A DNA stretch of 64,000 bases. Origin: an uncultured delta proteobacterium (GTDB taxonomy: Bacteria > Desulfobacterota > Desulfobacteria > Desulfobacterales > UBA2156). Both the position numbers and the translations under genes were made by a program. The DNA lies in NCBI GenBank assembly GCA_963736855.1, contig CAVTQK010000015.1, positions 128,001-192,000 on the forward strand, read 5' to 3'. Below, in pieces: positions 62,605 through 64,000 of the stretch. Within the stretch, counting starts at the first letter, position 1. Every line of letters starts with the position of its first letter. A model generated the notes under the pieces. That model had not been told where the DNA came from, did not search any database, and saw only the letters and a program-made list of their open reading frames with translations.

Positions 62605-64000
62605 TTACGAAGTTTTTTCTCCTCTTGAATCCTTTCCTTTGCCTTCCTCGCTGATGGAAATGGGGTCTGCCAGGCGTTTCAGGTATTCATAGCGCGCAAG
62701 GATCTCCTGCTCCAACTGATCATGGAGCCTTTGAGCCTCTCCGGGAAAGGTTTTTTCCAGCACGGCATACCGGACTTCACCCCTTAAAAAGTCCCGAAGG
62801 GTGCCATCCGGCGCCTTAGAGTCGAGGATGAAGGGGTTTTTCCCTTCGGCTTTCAAAGCGGGGTTAAAACGATAAAGGGGCCAATAGCCGGAAGCGACGG
62901 CCAGGCGGGTTTCTTCCTGGCTCTTTCCCATGCCGGCTTTGATCCCGTGGTTGATGCACGGGCAGTAGGCCATGATCAGGGAAGGTCCGTTATAGGCCTC
63001 GGCTTCCGTTAACGTCTTGATGAGTTGCTGTTTGTTCGCCCCCATCCCCACAGAGGCTACGTAGACGTAACCGTAGCTCATGAACATTCCTCCCATGTCT
63101 TTTTTCGACGTTTTTTTGCCGGACGCCGCGAACTTGGCGATGGAGCCCACGGGGGTGGCTTTTGAGGATTGTCCGCCGGTATTAGAATACACTTCGGTAT
63201 CAAAAACCATCACATTGATATTTTCTCCCGAGGCCAGAACATGGTCGATACCGCCGAAGGAAATATCATAGGCGCTCCCATCGCCGGCGAAAATCCAATA
63301 GGATTTTTTAGTGAACATTTTGGCATAGCTGAAAATTTCGGCAAGCAAAGGATTTTCGGAACGCGCGGGGAGCAGGGCCTTGAGCCGGTCGCCATAAGCC
63401 TTAGATTGGCTTGGGTCGTCTGAATTTTCTAGCCACCCGGTCAGGACTTCTTTGAGATCTTGGGGCAGATCGGTTCCCAGCGCCTCTTTGACTCGATCGG
63501 CCAGTTTGCGCCGCTGTTGAAGAGCGCCCAGGAACATCCCATAGGTGAATTCCGCCGGGTCTTCGAAGAGGGAATTACCCCAGGTGGGACCAAAGCCGTC
63601 CCGATTGACACAGTATGGGATCGTGGGCGTGCTTCCTCCCCAGATGGAGGTACAACCGGTGGCGTTTCCGATTACCATCCGTTCACCGAAAAGCTGGGTG
63701 ATGAGCTTGGCGTAAGGGGTTTCCCCACACCCGGCGCAGGCTCCGGAAAATTCAAGCAAGGGTTGAAAAAACTGGCTTCCTTTCACCGAATTCCGGTTGA
63801 CCAGATGATCCCGAACCGGCAGGGAAACCGCATAGCGATGATTGGGCACCTGAAGATCGGTTTGAGTCTCGAAGGGGCGCATAATCAGGGCTGGCGTCTT
63901 GGCCGGGCAGATATCCGCACAGTTACCGCACCCCAGGCAATCGAGCACGTTCACCTGGACCCTGAAAAAAAAGTCTGAGAACTCTTTTCCAATCGCCTTT
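62605..64000 (-). CDS. nifJ: Pyruvate:ferredoxin (flavodoxin) oxidoreductase, 3' part; frame open to the window edge
   Basis: DCLGCGNCADICP, EFSGACAGCGETPY, NATGCTSIWGG, TPP motif GDG...DTEVYSNTGGQ, YCPCINHG. Confidence 0.96.
   Translation of the reverse strand, partial: KAIGKEFSDFFFRVQVNVLDCLGCGNCADICPAKTPALIMRPFETQTDLQVPNHRYAVSLPVRDHLVNRNSVKGSQFFQPLLEFSGACAGCGETPYAKLITQLFGERMVIGNATGCTSIWGGSTPTIPYCVNRDGFGPTWGNSLFEDPAEFTYGMFLGALQQRRKLADRVKEALGTDLPQDLKEVLTGWLENSDDPSQSKAYGDRLKALLPARSENPLLAEIFSYAKMFTKKSYWIFAGDGSAYDISFGGIDHVLASGENINVMVFDTEVYSNTGGQSSKATPVGSIAKFAASGKKTSKKDMGGMFMSYGYVYVASVGMGANKQQLIKTLTEAEAYNGPSLIMAYCPCINHGIKAGMGKSQEETRLAVASGYWPLYRFNPALKAEGKNPFILDSKAPDGTLRDFLRGEVRYAVLEKTFPGEAQRLHDQLEQEILARYEYLKRLADPISISEEGKGKDSRGEKTS

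Overview
Core-genome window from a sulfate-reducing deltaproteobacterium (Desulfobacterota-like; inferred from gene content). It carries selA, gmhA, hemC and a cobA/hemD fusion; the sulfate-reduction genes sat (+) converging on aprB-aprA-qmoABC (-), with aprA split by a single +1 frameshift; the clusters infC-rpmI-rplT-pheST and tRNA-Gly-rimP-nusA-infB-rbfA-truB-rpsO-pnp; dksA-PHP-rnc-radical SAM; a TRAP transporter; and the 3' part of a pyruvate:ferredoxin oxidoreductase gene. The main accessory feature is a roughly 5-kb, partly AT-rich, IS-scarred island (about 15.4-20.4 kb) just upstream of the sat promoter. It encodes a PqqD/RRE-HPr-kinase-like fusion, a nucleotidyltransferase and a small RRxxLK...YxxP peptide, which together look like a minimal RiPP-like peptide modification module. 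An IS3 element has replaced the peptide's C-terminus. Other observations: five MITE-like intergenic elements in two subfamilies sharing terminal inverted repeats, and a 37-aa Lys/Thr/Ala-rich small gene missing from the ORF track. All family calls come from motif recognition by eye; no database searches were run.
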